From Candidatus Poribacteria bacterium (lineage in GTDB: Bacteria; Poribacteria; WGA-4E; PCPOR2b), in NCBI GenBank assembly GCA_965205075.1, contig OZ242036.1, positions 3,196,795 to 3,260,794 on the forward strand: a stretch of 64,000 nt of DNA, read 5' to 3'. Below the pieces are notes generated by a model, which saw only the letters and a program-made list of their open reading frames with translations, had not been told where the DNA came from and ran no database searches. The translations under genes were made by a program, and so were the position numbers. Positions 1 through 9,967 of the stretch are shown piece after piece. The first letter of the stretch is position 1. Each line of letters starts with the position of its first letter.

Positions 1-63
1 TCCACGCCCAATCCCGCGCGAGGAGCCGGTGATCAAAGCGACCTTGCCATGTAAGTCAACCAT
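1..63 (-). CDS. Short-chain dehydrogenase/reductase (SDR), N-terminal fragment; gene continues beyond the window's left edge
   Basis: Reverse strand reads ATG GTT GAC TTA CAT GGC AAG GTC GCT TTG ATC ACC GGC TCC TCG CGC GGG ATT GGG CGT GGA, giving MVDLHGKVALITGSSRGIGRG. This is the classic SDR TGxxxGIG Rossmann motif. AAAGGG lies upstream of the ATG at 61-63. Confidence 0.45.
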   Translation of the reverse strand, partial: MVDLHGKVALITGSSRGIGRG

Positions 64-240
64 ATTTCACCCTTTCTAAACAAATCAGAAGAGAGGCATC
101 CAAAAGGAACTATGCACCGCCTACAAAGGCATCAGAAACCGAGTTTTGCATGAGCCCCGTCGGCCGGATTGTTTAGCCCGACTACACTAATGTACCAATG
201 AACCAATTTGTTATCACGTTTTACGTTTCAGGTTTCACGC

Positions 241-1062
241 CTACAATTTCCACTCATCACCAAGGATAACTTCCAGTTGGTCATGCGGCTTGAAGTAATC
301 GGTCGGGTGATAGTCCTCACCCATGTATCCGAATAAGCGTTTACGGCGAGGTGTCATTCGCTCTAGCACATGCGGCGGAAGCGTTTCGTAGTCGTAGGGA
401 CGGCTCCACATCTGACCGTAACGGAAGGTGACACTTTTCCGAATCCGATCGGTTTTATTCGGTCCAACCGAGTGCCACTGTGCCCACGGAAAGATGACGG
501 CATCACCCGGATCGGCAAGCACTTGGATCGCTCCCTCCGGGATAAACCCGGGTTCTGGGCGTTCAGGGAAAGGCTTTTGCTGACTGCCCGGCACTAGCAT
601 GAAGTTCGCGCTGTCTGGCTTTGATACATCGGTCAAGAAGAACTGAACCTTGAATTGCAGTGGGAGGCTTTGGGGATGTGGGTGAATCTGCTGCAGTGAG
701 GGACCAGCATCCGTATGAAAACTCAGCAAAGGGTCATCGCTAGGGTGTCGAGTGTAGATCTGCGTTCCCATAATCTGGAGGTAGGGCCCCATCAATGCAA
801 GAATTGTCCCGAAGATGTTGGGGTGATCCGTTAAGACATCCAGCGCATCTGTTCTTTCGATCGCCCGAATGATGGTGAAAGCACCTCGACCAAACTGGGG
901 GGCATCTGGACCATCCGTTTCCCGGACGTATTCTTCAATAACCGGATCGACAGCCTCCAAAAGTGTGCAAACCTCCTCAGGGGAGAGCACCTGTTTCACA
1001 ATAAGATAGCCCTGCTCATCCCAGTGTTTGCGTTGTTCCTCTGTCAAGTATCCGTTTACCAT
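241..1062 (-). CDS. Phytanoyl-CoA dioxygenase (PhyH) family Fe(II)/2-oxoglutarate oxygenase
   Basis: 273-aa ORF with an HTDAG (HxD) iron-binding motif and a distal WH motif. Length and composition are typical of PhyH-family proteins. Confidence 0.75.
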   Translation of the reverse strand: MVNGYLTEEQRKHWDEQGYLIVKQVLSPEEVCTLLEAVDPVIEEYVRETDGPDAPQFGRGAFTIIRAIERTDALDVLTDHPNIFGTILALMGPYLQIMGTQIYTRHPSDDPLLSFHTDAGPSLQQIHPHPQSLPLQFKVQFFLTDVSKPDSANFMLVPGSQQKPFPERPEPGFIPEGAIQVLADPGDAVIFPWAQWHSVGPNKTDRIRKSVTFRYGQMWSRPYDYETLPPHVLERMTPRRKRLFGYMGEDYHPTDYFKPHDQLEVILGDEWKL

Positions 1063-1189
1063 CGTGATTCCTCCTGTTGTTTGTAGTCAATGAACCTTGA
1101 GATCTGCGTCAGTCAAAAACATTATAGACGATTTTGTGAGCGAGATCCAGTGGAAAGTGATTTGGCAGAATGTCGGTACTATTTTTTAA

Positions 1190-1217
1190 TTGACGCGGGT
1201 ATATATATCTGTATAAT
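1190..1217 (+). promoter_or_regulatory. Sigma70-type promoter, TTGACG-N16-TATAAT, upstream of the Gfo/Idh/MocA gene
   Basis: ttgacg at 1190-1195, a 16-nt spacer, tataat at 1212-1217, about 70 nt upstream of the ATG at 1286. Confidence 0.5.
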
Positions 1218-1285
1218 GAATCCTATTCCGGCTTTTGGGCACAGGTTTGTACAATATAGAGAGATTTCAGTTGAGGAGATAGCGT

Positions 1286-2287
1286 ATGAGCGACGTATTG
1301 TCGGTAGGAGTCATCGGTGCAGGCGGCATTGCCCGATCGCATATGAACGCAATAGAAGCAAACGACAACATAGAGCTAGTTGCGGTTATGGATGTAGACG
1401 CCGATCGAGTGGGTGCAGCCGCGGCGGACTTTGGTGCCAGCACCTATACAGACCTTGAGCCGCTTTTAGATGATGCACGAGTGGAGGCGGTGCACGTCTG
1501 CACACCTCATTCCTTACACGCTGATCAGGTAGTTGCAGCGGCAACGGCGGGAAAGCATGTATTGGTGGAAAAACCGATGGCGTTGACGCTTGCAGATTGC
1601 GATCGGATGATCGATGCCTGCGATCGAGCTGGGAAGATTCTGATGGTAGGTCAGGTGATGCGGTACTATCCCGTAAACCGTGCCATACGGAAAATGATTG
1701 CTGATGGAGAAATCGGGCAGGTGGGACACCTAATACGGCGGCGGTACAGCTATTTCAACCCAACACCAGCGGGGAGCGATTCTCGACATTGGTATCTCGA
1801 TCTGGAGATAGGCGGGATTTGCGTCCTCTACTGTTTTGGACCGCACGAATACGACATCCTGCATTGGTATCTTAATTCACCTGTAACACAGGTTTACGCC
1901 CAAGGCTCAGAGAGCACCGATCTGTACCGAGGACAGAAGGACTCCTATACCGCTATGATGACACATGAAAATGGCGCGGTGAGCGTACTATCGCAAACGG
2001 TTGTTTCTCATACCAGTGCTCATGATCAGTATATTGTTGGAAGCACAGGCTCGATGATGTTGTCAGGTGATAAGTTGACCGTCAATGGAGAGGAAATGTC
2101 AGTGGAGGGCTCGAGCCGAGAAGGGATGCCCAACCAGATTCGAGAATTTGCGGACTGCTGTCTCGAAGGGCGTGAACCCGATGCAAGTGGGCACTCTGTG
2201 CGTCATTCGATGGCGGTGATTGAAGCAGCTAAAATAAGTGCTGAACGGAATGCGCCGGTTCAGATGTCTGAATTCGATAAAGATTGA
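1286..2287 (+). CDS. Gfo/Idh/MocA family NAD(P)-dependent oxidoreductase
   Basis: N-terminal VGVIGAGGIARSH Rossmann motif and an EKPMALTLADCDRM motif typical of the family. RBS GAGGAG upstream. Confidence 0.85.
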   Translation: MSDVLSVGVIGAGGIARSHMNAIEANDNIELVAVMDVDADRVGAAAADFGASTYTDLEPLLDDARVEAVHVCTPHSLHADQVVAAATAGKHVLVEKPMALTLADCDRMIDACDRAGKILMVGQVMRYYPVNRAIRKMIADGEIGQVGHLIRRRYSYFNPTPAGSDSRHWYLDLEIGGICVLYCFGPHEYDILHWYLNSPVTQVYAQGSESTDLYRGQKDSYTAMMTHENGAVSVLSQTVVSHTSAHDQYIVGSTGSMMLSGDKLTVNGEEMSVEGSSREGMPNQIREFADCCLEGREPDASGHSVRHSMAVIEAAKISAERNAPVQMSEFDKD

Positions 2288-2345
2288 CAAGCCAACATCG
2301 CACTCCTCCTAAAGTGAATTTGAATGAGATGAAAGGAAATCCTGC

Positions 2346-3944
2346 ATGAAACCACGTCAACGAAAGTACGGCACTGTAGTTGGACCTCACCCTAGGACTG
2401 CCAACGCTGGTATGAATATCCTTCAATCAGGGGGTAACGCGGTGGATGCTGCAATCGCGGCTGCTTTTACTGAAGGGGTCGTTGAACCGTGCCACAACGG
2501 CATAGCGGGGTATGGTGGCTGCATGGTCATCTATCTAGCCGATCAGCGAAAGGTTGTCGCCCTCGACTACAATACAGTGGCACCCGCTGCAGCGTCGGAT
2601 CAGATGTTTACCATCGAAAAGACCGATACCCCAGCGGGCTATCGAGTGCCGGGGAGAGTTAATCTGCATGGACCTCTGGCAGTCGGTGTGCCCGGTGTGG
2701 TAGCAGGATTATGTTTGGCACTTGAGCAATTTGGATCTATGCCACTCGCCGAGATAATTCAACCGGCTATCAGATCTGCCCGCTATGGCTATGCTCCCAA
2801 CACCGCCAATCGAGGTGCCATGGCTGGCAACGCGGAACGATGGCTGCAGGATTTTCCAGAGACCGCGCGCGTTTTCTTAAAGAACGGTCAGGCACCGAAG
2901 CCGGGTGAACGACTTACAAACCCCGATCTCGCCCGAACGCTAGAGGCTGTCGCCGAAGGTGGATCTCCTGCCTTCTATCAAGGCAATATCGCACCAAAGA
3001 TCGCTGACTATATCCAAGAAAGCGGTGGGTGCTTGAGCGTTGAAGATCTGCAGCGTTATACACCACGAGTGCTTGAGCCGTATGAAATTAATTACCGAGG
3101 CTATCAGATCTATACAGCCCCACTCGGTGCAGGCGGATTGACCACCTTGCAGATGCTCCGGTTAATTGAGTCATACGATGTTGGAGGGACTTCCCTCGTC
3201 GAACGAACCCATCTCCTCGCCGAAGCGATGAAAATTGGTTGGCAAGAGCGGCTTAGTCGATTTGGGGATCCCGATTTTGTGGAGATTGATATTGCAGCGG
3301 AACTTTCAGATTCATTCGTCGCTAAATTCGCACCGGAGTTGAAAGCGGGTCTGGAGTCACCAAAGCCGGGAAGAATTGTGTATTATGAACCGCTCAATTG
3401 TACCAGCCACATTTCTACAGCGGATAGCAATGGAAACATGGTGAGTCTCACCCAAACGCATGGCGGCGGATTTGGCTCAATGTTTACCGTACCGGGGACG
3501 GGACTGTTGTTTGGGCACGGGGTGGGGCGTTTCGATCCACGACCGGGGTATGCTAACTCCATTGCCCCCGGCAAGCGACCGTTGCATAACATGGCACCGA
3601 TGCTCGCGTTGCGGAATGACGCTCCTTTTGCCACTTACGGCATTCCCGGCGGTCGTACCATTCCGAACAATCAACTCAGTATTTCGGTGAACCTCATCGA
3701 TCTGCAAATGACCGCTCAAGAAGCCCTAGATGCACCCCGCGTACACAACGAAGGGGCAGAACCGATTGGCGTTGAAGAGCGAGCCGGTGCGGATGTGCTT
3801 GACGGACTGCGAGGACAGGGGCATCAGGTTGAGCCACAGGGAGGTATCGGCGGGCCCGGTCACGCCATCGTGCTTTCGGATGATCCGGCAGTCCAATCCG
3901 GGGGCACCGACCCACGAGGCGAAGGTAGGGTCGCGTCCTTATAA
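2346..3944 (+). CDS. ggt: Gamma-glutamyltransferase
   Basis: 532 aa. Conserved autoprocessing and nucleophile region TSHISTADSNGNMVSLTQTHGGGFGS, with Thr as the nucleophile. Signature GGT family length. Confidence 0.85.
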   Translation: MKPRQRKYGTVVGPHPRTANAGMNILQSGGNAVDAAIAAAFTEGVVEPCHNGIAGYGGCMVIYLADQRKVVALDYNTVAPAAASDQMFTIEKTDTPAGYRVPGRVNLHGPLAVGVPGVVAGLCLALEQFGSMPLAEIIQPAIRSARYGYAPNTANRGAMAGNAERWLQDFPETARVFLKNGQAPKPGERLTNPDLARTLEAVAEGGSPAFYQGNIAPKIADYIQESGGCLSVEDLQRYTPRVLEPYEINYRGYQIYTAPLGAGGLTTLQMLRLIESYDVGGTSLVERTHLLAEAMKIGWQERLSRFGDPDFVEIDIAAELSDSFVAKFAPELKAGLESPKPGRIVYYEPLNCTSHISTADSNGNMVSLTQTHGGGFGSMFTVPGTGLLFGHGVGRFDPRPGYANSIAPGKRPLHNMAPMLALRNDAPFATYGIPGGRTIPNNQLSISVNLIDLQMTAQEALDAPRVHNEGAEPIGVEERAGADVLDGLRGQGHQVEPQGGIGGPGHAIVLSDDPAVQSGGTDPRGEGRVASL

Positions 3945-3973
3945 TAGCACTTAACCAATCAAAACGAAAAAGT

Positions 3974-5212
3974 ATGAATACTTACGAAACCAATCTTTTT
4001 ATCAATTCAGAAGCCCATCCTCCCCCGGAGTACGGTCCGGCACAGAAGGCATTACTGAATCGGGATGCCTTTGCCGATGTGGAAGCAGAGGTGACAAACC
4101 TACCCGGTTATCAACCGACGCCGTTAATCACGCTGAACGGTCTTGCTACGGCAAGCGGTGTCAGAGCCCTGTGGTGCAAGCACGAGGGGTATCGATTTGA
4201 GGTGGGAAGTTTCAAACCGACGGGGCCCGTCTACGCAATGCTGTCCGTGTTGAAAAGTGAGATCCAAAAAGCCACCGGCGTGGAAACCGTTACAACGCAG
4301 GAACTGATAGATCGGAAATACGAATCGGTGACGCAAGAGATTGTCGTCTCGGCGGCAACGTCGGGCAATCATGGACGAGCGTTGGCGTGGGGTGCCCGTA
4401 TGTTCGGTTGTCGGTGTGCCATTTACATGAACGATGGCGTCAGCGCGGGTAGGGAGAAAGCTATTGTCGGCTACGGCGCAGAGGTGGTGCGGGTGCCGGG
4501 AAACTATGACCGAGCGGTGCAACGTTCCTTTGCTGATGCCGAGAGGTTAGGCTATTTTGTCGTCTCGGATGACAAATCTGCCGCGTATCCCCACATTGCC
4601 GGTGCGATTATGCAAGGCTACGCAATGGTCGCGGACGAAATCGTTCAACAGTTCAGGGGCACCCAGCCACCCACTCACGTCTTCGTCCCCGGCGGCGGTG
4701 GGCGATTTGCCGGTGCAACCTGCGGGCATTTGTGGGAACGATATGGCAGCAGCCATCCACGGATAGTTGTCGTTGAGCCAACCCCATCTGCCTGCCTGTA
4801 CCAAAGCATGGTCGAAAATAGAGCGGCAACCGTCAGCGGTGATGGTCGATCGGTTATGGACGGATTGGTCGTTGAATCGGCGTCGTCCCAAGCGTGGGAG
4901 ATTCTCAAGGGCGGTGCTTTCGCTTTTCTGACTATCCCTGACGAAGCGGCGGTTGATGCCATATGGCAAGCAGCAGCAGGTGTCAGTGGAGATCCTTCGG
5001 TGGTCATTGGTGAAACAGGGATTGCAGCATGGGCAGGATTTTTGGCAGCAACCCGTGACGAAAATTTACATCAGCAGCTTGGACTCGATTCTAATAGCCG
5101 GGTTGTCATCATTGCAACCGAGGGAGCAACCGATCCAGAGGTTTATCGGAATATTGTTGGTGCAAGCCCGGAAAGGATTTTGGCGGGCCCCAAACCTCAA
5201 CCAACGGAATAG
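3974..5212 (+). CDS. PLP-dependent fold-type II enzyme, diaminopropionate ammonia-lyase/threonine dehydratase-like
   Basis: A GSFKPTG lysine motif and an NHGRALAWGA motif of the tryptophan-synthase-beta superfamily. 412 aa. Confidence 0.55.
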   Translation: MNTYETNLFINSEAHPPPEYGPAQKALLNRDAFADVEAEVTNLPGYQPTPLITLNGLATASGVRALWCKHEGYRFEVGSFKPTGPVYAMLSVLKSEIQKATGVETVTTQELIDRKYESVTQEIVVSAATSGNHGRALAWGARMFGCRCAIYMNDGVSAGREKAIVGYGAEVVRVPGNYDRAVQRSFADAERLGYFVVSDDKSAAYPHIAGAIMQGYAMVADEIVQQFRGTQPPTHVFVPGGGGRFAGATCGHLWERYGSSHPRIVVVEPTPSACLYQSMVENRAATVSGDGRSVMDGLVVESASSQAWEILKGGAFAFLTIPDEAAVDAIWQAAAGVSGDPSVVIGETGIAAWAGFLAATRDENLHQQLGLDSNSRVVIIATEGATDPEVYRNIVGASPERILAGPKPQPTE

Positions 5213-5223
5213 AAAGATTACAA

Positions 5224-6612
5224 ATGGCAGATTGTGTTCTCCAAAATTTGATACCAGACATCGAGCACTTGGCAGAAACAAAGGTTGCAAAGTATAGACT
5301 TCCCGGTATAGCACTCGGCATTATCCGTGACCAAACTCTCGCTTGGTTCGGCGGATTCGGTGCAGCGGATCTTGATTCGGACAAAAAACCTACCGAAAAC
5401 ACAATTGCCCGTATCGCTTCAGTAACCAAAACGTTCACAACAACTGCGGTTATGCAGCTGCGAGACGAGGGGAGGCTCGCACTGGAAGACCCACTGACAC
5501 AGCATATCCCCGAATTCGCGTCGGCTCGCGCTATCCGGGGCGATATTGAAGGCGTAACGCTCCGGCGATTGCTGACACACAGATCCGGATTGGTCACCGA
5601 GTCACCGACGTACGGCTGGAATGATCTTGACTTCCCAAGCCGTGAAGAAATGCTCGCCAAACTGCCGGAGACAGGGATTGTCATCCCGCAGGACTCCGCC
5701 TTCAAATACTCCAACCTTGCATTTGGATTACTCGGTGAGGTAGTGTACCGGATCACTGGCACGCCATATATCGAATATATCCACGCCAATATCATTGGGC
5801 CGCTTGGTTTAACGTCCACGGTCTTCGATCTCACAGACGAATTGCGTCCTCACTTCTTCGTCGGCTATAACCCAACGCCCTACCAAGACCGTCCTGAACG
5901 TGCCCCCTACGCCCATCTGAACGGCATTTCATCGGCGGGTCAACTACATTCTACTGTCAGCAACTTGGCAAGGTGGATATCGTTCCAATTCCAAACCGAT
6001 GGTGGAGATCGCTGTGGGGGACAGGTGCTCAAGGGGCAAACACTCACGGAGATTCAACAGCCGCAATATGTTGAATCGGACTGGTCGTCGGGGCAATGCC
6101 TAGGCTGGCGAGCGACCCGCGTTGGGGACCATATCTATCACAATCACGGTGGTGGGATTCACGGCTTTGGAACACAGGTGTGGTTTAACGTTCCGAGTAA
6201 GACAGGCGTGGTCGTTCTCATCAACATGTGGCCCCCGCACGGCGGTCTTGAGATGGCGCAGGAGGTCCTTGAGATAGTGCTAAATGCTGACGAAGCAGTG
6301 CCGTCTGTACCAGCGCAGCCAGCACTTGAGCCAACACCAGAGGCATTGCAGCGTTTCATCGGTTATTATCGCGCTGAGCCGGGCATTGATGTGAACATCG
6401 AGATGCGTGATGGTAGCTTGCAGCTTGCGGCTCACGGTGGTGCTGCATATTCCCTACACGCGCCGGCAGTCCTTGAACCGACCGATAATGAGGCGGAATG
6501 GCTTGTTCGTGGAGGGCGCGCGGCTGGCGAAATCGCCGTCTTTGATTTTGACGATGATAATCAGGTGAGAAGCTACGAGTTGGGAGCTTTTGTATTCAAA
6601 AAACTGGTATGA
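5224..6612 (+). CDS. Serine hydrolase, beta-lactamase/transpeptidase-like (class C/PBP4-like family)
   Basis: SxxK motif (ASVTKTF), YxN motif (YSNLAF), 462 aa. Confidence 0.75.
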   Translation: MADCVLQNLIPDIEHLAETKVAKYRLPGIALGIIRDQTLAWFGGFGAADLDSDKKPTENTIARIASVTKTFTTTAVMQLRDEGRLALEDPLTQHIPEFASARAIRGDIEGVTLRRLLTHRSGLVTESPTYGWNDLDFPSREEMLAKLPETGIVIPQDSAFKYSNLAFGLLGEVVYRITGTPYIEYIHANIIGPLGLTSTVFDLTDELRPHFFVGYNPTPYQDRPERAPYAHLNGISSAGQLHSTVSNLARWISFQFQTDGGDRCGGQVLKGQTLTEIQQPQYVESDWSSGQCLGWRATRVGDHIYHNHGGGIHGFGTQVWFNVPSKTGVVVLINMWPPHGGLEMAQEVLEIVLNADEAVPSVPAQPALEPTPEALQRFIGYYRAEPGIDVNIEMRDGSLQLAAHGGAAYSLHAPAVLEPTDNEAEWLVRGGRAAGEIAVFDFDDDNQVRSYELGAFVFKKLV

Positions 6613-6658
6613 TGATGCGGTTGAGTATGCGGCTTATTTCTTGCGCCATACAGCTGTA

Positions 6659-7186
6659 CTACTGCATTCTTGAAAATCTAAACACTCGCGCGTTAGGGCT
6701 ATAGGCAAATGGAGACCATTCGTAATAAGCAGCATAGGAATAGTACGGATTTTTATTTTTGTGCCATGCTGTATCGGTACGCATCCCCTCAAAATACTCT
6801 ATATCTAATTGCCCCTCCTTGACAACACCTGAGATTCTGATTGGACGATTTTCCTTCCGCGCAGACGCTGCCATTTGTAGCATTGATCGGATACGTGGCT
6901 GGTTCTCGAAATTAACTGTCTCCACGCAGCTAACACCATTGACAACAATCCTCCAGTGTCCTTCGTTGTAAGGCATTGGCGGCAAAAAATCGCCGTGCAG
7001 AGGAGTTTCGGGAACCCCAAGTATTGATATACGCTGTCCGTCGTGACCACTCAGTTGTGCCCCCAAGTTATCGGTGGAAATGGATTGATATGTCTTTCCA
7101 CATCCTAGCCAAGTAACACAACCCCAGCATAAAAATAGAATAATCTTTACCGGTTTCACCCTTTCAGCCCTCCTCAATTGACACAT
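6659..7186 (-). CDS. Hypothetical lipoprotein
   Basis: N-terminal signal with lipobox-like WLGCG. No recognisable domain. Start placed at the internal Met preceding the signal peptide. Confidence 0.4.
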   Translation of the reverse strand: MCQLRRAERVKPVKIILFLCWGCVTWLGCGKTYQSISTDNLGAQLSGHDGQRISILGVPETPLHGDFLPPMPYNEGHWRIVVNGVSCVETVNFENQPRIRSMLQMAASARKENRPIRISGVVKEGQLDIEYFEGMRTDTAWHKNKNPYYSYAAYYEWSPFAYSPNARVFRFSRMQ

Positions 7187-7273
7187 GAATCTTTTGGGTA
7201 GGATAGTATACATTGCACTGCCGGTCAAGCTATAAATGCTTTCCTAACGACTGACTTGTTGACCAATCGCTGT

Positions 7274-7606
7274 TCAATCGGCTTGCCAGTAAAAGACCTC
7301 AGGCAAACCTTCTGGATAAGCGTTAGCGGGATCATAGGTATCGCCGGTCGCGCTTTCCATAATCGGTGCCATGTATTCTTCCCAACGTACGGAGTCATCG
7401 CTTTCTGCTAAGATACGAGCTGCTTCCGCGTAATCCTCCATCTCCATATACAGAAAAAGTTGCAGACCGAACATAAAGATACTCATTTTGTGAACACCTG
7501 CCCGCTGTAAATCTGCTAGCACCTCTTGCCAGACCCGCTGGTGTCGTCGGATATATTCCTCTTGCTGCCCCTCCTTCACCCGCATAACAAAAGCGACACG
7601 CTGCAT
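7274..7606 (-). CDS. rhaM: L-rhamnose mutarotase family protein (RhaM/DUF718)
   Basis: MQRVAFVMRVKEGQQEEYIRRHQRVWQEVL matches the RhaM N-terminus. Start re-placed on the ATG preceded by RBS AAGGAGGGAGG. The longer ORF-track start at 7681 would overlap the upstream SDR gene. Confidence 0.65.
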   Translation of the reverse strand: MQRVAFVMRVKEGQQEEYIRRHQRVWQEVLADLQRAGVHKMSIFMFGLQLFLYMEMEDYAEAARILAESDDSVRWEEYMAPIMESATGDTYDPANAYPEGLPEVFYWQAD

Positions 7607-7628
7607 TGGCCTCCCTCCTTTGAAAGCA

Positions 7629-8441
7629 TTATTCTTTAGTGCCCGGTATCGGCATGGTACTGAGCAGCCCTCCATCAACATCTAGGGCAACACCTGTTAA
7701 AAACGATGATTCATCAGATAAAAAGAACAGAACTGCATTGACCACATCCGCTACAGTCGCATTGCGCTTGAGCGGAATACCTGCTGCAGTCTCCACGAGG
7801 ATTTCATCGGTTTCTTGACCTGTTGCGCCAATTTTCCAGTCGAGCACCGTTTGCCCCATCCCGGTTGTCGAAACCCCTACCGGACAGACACAGTTGACAG
7901 TTACTTGGTAAGGCGCCAACTCAGCAGCGAGTGCCTTAGTCAAGCCGACGACGCCGAACTTGGCTGCGCAGTATGACAGGATCATCGGACACCCAATTTT
8001 TGCAGCATCGGAACCGATGTTGACGATACGCCCACGCCGTCCACTTTCGCATAGCAATGGCGCAGCTGCTTGGCTGCACAAAAAGGGCCCTTTCAGATCG
8101 ACAGCCAGCACACGGTCCCAATCCGCCTCACTGATTTCTGCCAATGGTGCAAAGTGAATGACACCCGCTGAATTGATCAGTATATCCAATCCGCCGAAGG
8201 TTTCCTGACAAGCCATCACCCCCGCCTTGACCGAAACGGGCGAGGTCACATCAAGTTCCAAGGGCAGCACATCGTTGGCGTTACCCAAGTGTCGAGAGGC
8301 TTGCTCCAACCGCTCGGAATTAATGTCGCCAATTGCTACACGTGCTTGCTGACCAAGCAACGTTTCAGCGATGGCCAATCCGAAACCGCTAGCACCTCCG
8401 GTGATAAGTACGCGGCGCTGCGCCCCTCGCATGTTTGGCAT
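7629..8441 (-). CDS. SDR family oxidoreductase, possibly a sugar 1-dehydrogenase
   Basis: TGGASGFGLAIA Rossmann motif and a catalytic YxxxK region (YCAAK). Co-oriented immediately upstream of rhaM. Confidence 0.8.
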   Translation of the reverse strand: MPNMRGAQRRVLITGGASGFGLAIAETLLGQQARVAIGDINSERLEQASRHLGNANDVLPLELDVTSPVSVKAGVMACQETFGGLDILINSAGVIHFAPLAEISEADWDRVLAVDLKGPFLCSQAAAPLLCESGRRGRIVNIGSDAAKIGCPMILSYCAAKFGVVGLTKALAAELAPYQVTVNCVCPVGVSTTGMGQTVLDWKIGATGQETDEILVETAAGIPLKRNATVADVVNAVLFFLSDESSFLTGVALDVDGGLLSTMPIPGTKE

Positions 8442-8799
8442 TTCTCAATTCCTCACTATAGGCTGCCTCATAGCGTCACAAAGTCAGGTTATACCGTTTC
8501 TGAATAATTGTGTCGCATCATTCGGGAAAACTTACAAGAGGCTACAGTTGTTCATTAGTTCATTAATTACCCAATGAACTGATTTACGTTTCACATTTCA
8601 ACAATGCGTTATTCTTTTAGGAGTTACACACTTGAGTAAGGAACAACGATCGTTGTTCCCTACGAACTGTTGATGGCACCTCTATTGTAGTTGCCCGATT
8701 CATCGGGCGTTGTAAATTGTGTGCTGCGGCGATAAATCGCCGAACTACAGGACTTTGAACGTTCAACTGCGTAAGTCCTATTCTTTGTCAGAATTGGTA

Positions 8800-9660
8800 T
8801 TACTTCTGTCGGACAAACTTCTGCAAGCGATGATCCGCCTGCACTTCGCTGACATAGATATCGCCGTGCGAATCCAGCCAGATACCGTGTGGACAGGCGA
8901 AGAACTCGCCCGGAACAGTGCTGCCGCGTTCGCTACCCCATTGGGTGATAATCTCGCCATCAAGTGTCAAAATTGTGAGGCGCTGCTGTAACTCTGCAAT
9001 GTAAACAATGTCATCGTCATCAATAAAGATGGTATCTGGCTCCAAGAATCCGCCCCACTCCTCAATATATTCGCCATCAAGCGTGAAAAGCTGGATGCGG
9101 TTGTTGCTCCGGTCTGCGACCATTACACGGTTATGACGGTCTACCCGGACGCAATGCGGCAGATCGAACTCACCGGGACCCGTCCCCGGAGATCCCCAAG
9201 ACATAATGTACTCACCATCTGGGGAGTATTTGTGGATCCGTGCGTTGCCGTACCCATCGCTGATGAACATCTCTCCATCGGGACCGAGCGCAAGGTCTGT
9301 CGGCAAATTGAAAGGCTCACCTTCCGCACCGGGCTGATCGGGGGTCCCCAGTGTCATCAGGAGTTCCCCGTCAGCGGTGAATTTGCGCATGACATGCACC
9401 TCTCGCTCGACGCAATAGATGTGATCTTCGGCATCAATGAAAATACCGTGCGAGTCTTTGAGGATATCTTCGCCCCACGATGCGAGAAAGTTACCTTCGC
9501 GATCGAATACAACCATCGGGCGTTCGCTTCGACTGTAGACATAAATTCTATCCTGTGAATCAACCGCGACTGCGGGGATCCAACCAAATTTCCAACCTTC
9601 GGGGAGTTGTCCCCAACCTTCTTGCACCTCATAGGTATGGCTACCTGAACCATATATCAT
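8800..9660 (-). CDS. NHL-repeat beta-propeller protein
   Basis: Repeated D/N-x-x-N-x-R-I/V motifs (ADRSNNRIQLF, etc.). Start re-placed at ATG 9660 with RBS GGAGG 9 nt upstream. Confidence 0.65.
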   Translation of the reverse strand: MIYGSGSHTYEVQEGWGQLPEGWKFGWIPAVAVDSQDRIYVYSRSERPMVVFDREGNFLASWGEDILKDSHGIFIDAEDHIYCVEREVHVMRKFTADGELLMTLGTPDQPGAEGEPFNLPTDLALGPDGEMFISDGYGNARIHKYSPDGEYIMSWGSPGTGPGEFDLPHCVRVDRHNRVMVADRSNNRIQLFTLDGEYIEEWGGFLEPDTIFIDDDDIVYIAELQQRLTILTLDGEIITQWGSERGSTVPGEFFACPHGIWLDSHGDIYVSEVQADHRLQKFVRQK

Positions 9661-9911
9661 AATACTGTACCTCCAAGATTTATGGTAGATTTTAGAATTA
9701 CTTAGACACTTCCAATGGACATGTACAGATTGGGAAATCTGTACCCGCAAACAACCCCCTAAATCCCCCTTATCAGGGGGACTTTGGGAAATGTCCACTT
9801 ATTTCTCTAATTCACCATAGAATTTGAACAATCCGTGAGTTAAATTACGAATCCTGCCTAACGGTGTGGTATACTTTTCTAATAACAATCGACTTGAATT
9901 TTTGCCTATCT

Positions 9912-9935
9912 CTTTTTGAGAACTTTCTCAAAAAG
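9912..9935. promoter_or_regulatory. Perfect 11-bp-arm palindrome CTTTTTGAGAA-CT-TTCTCAAAAAG, candidate operator
   Basis: Exact inverted repeat read directly from the sequence, about 30 nt upstream of the DUF3179 ATG at 9968, in a divergent intergenic region. Confidence 0.4.
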
Positions 9936-9967
9936 TATACCTATAGTCAAAATTAAAAGGGGAAAAA

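Noticed and set aside
5109-5834. 241-aa ORF on the minus strand
   Set aside because: It is fully embedded antisense within the well-supported beta-lactamase-family gene and the 3' end of the PLP enzyme gene. It has a low-complexity Ser-rich translation and no RBS.
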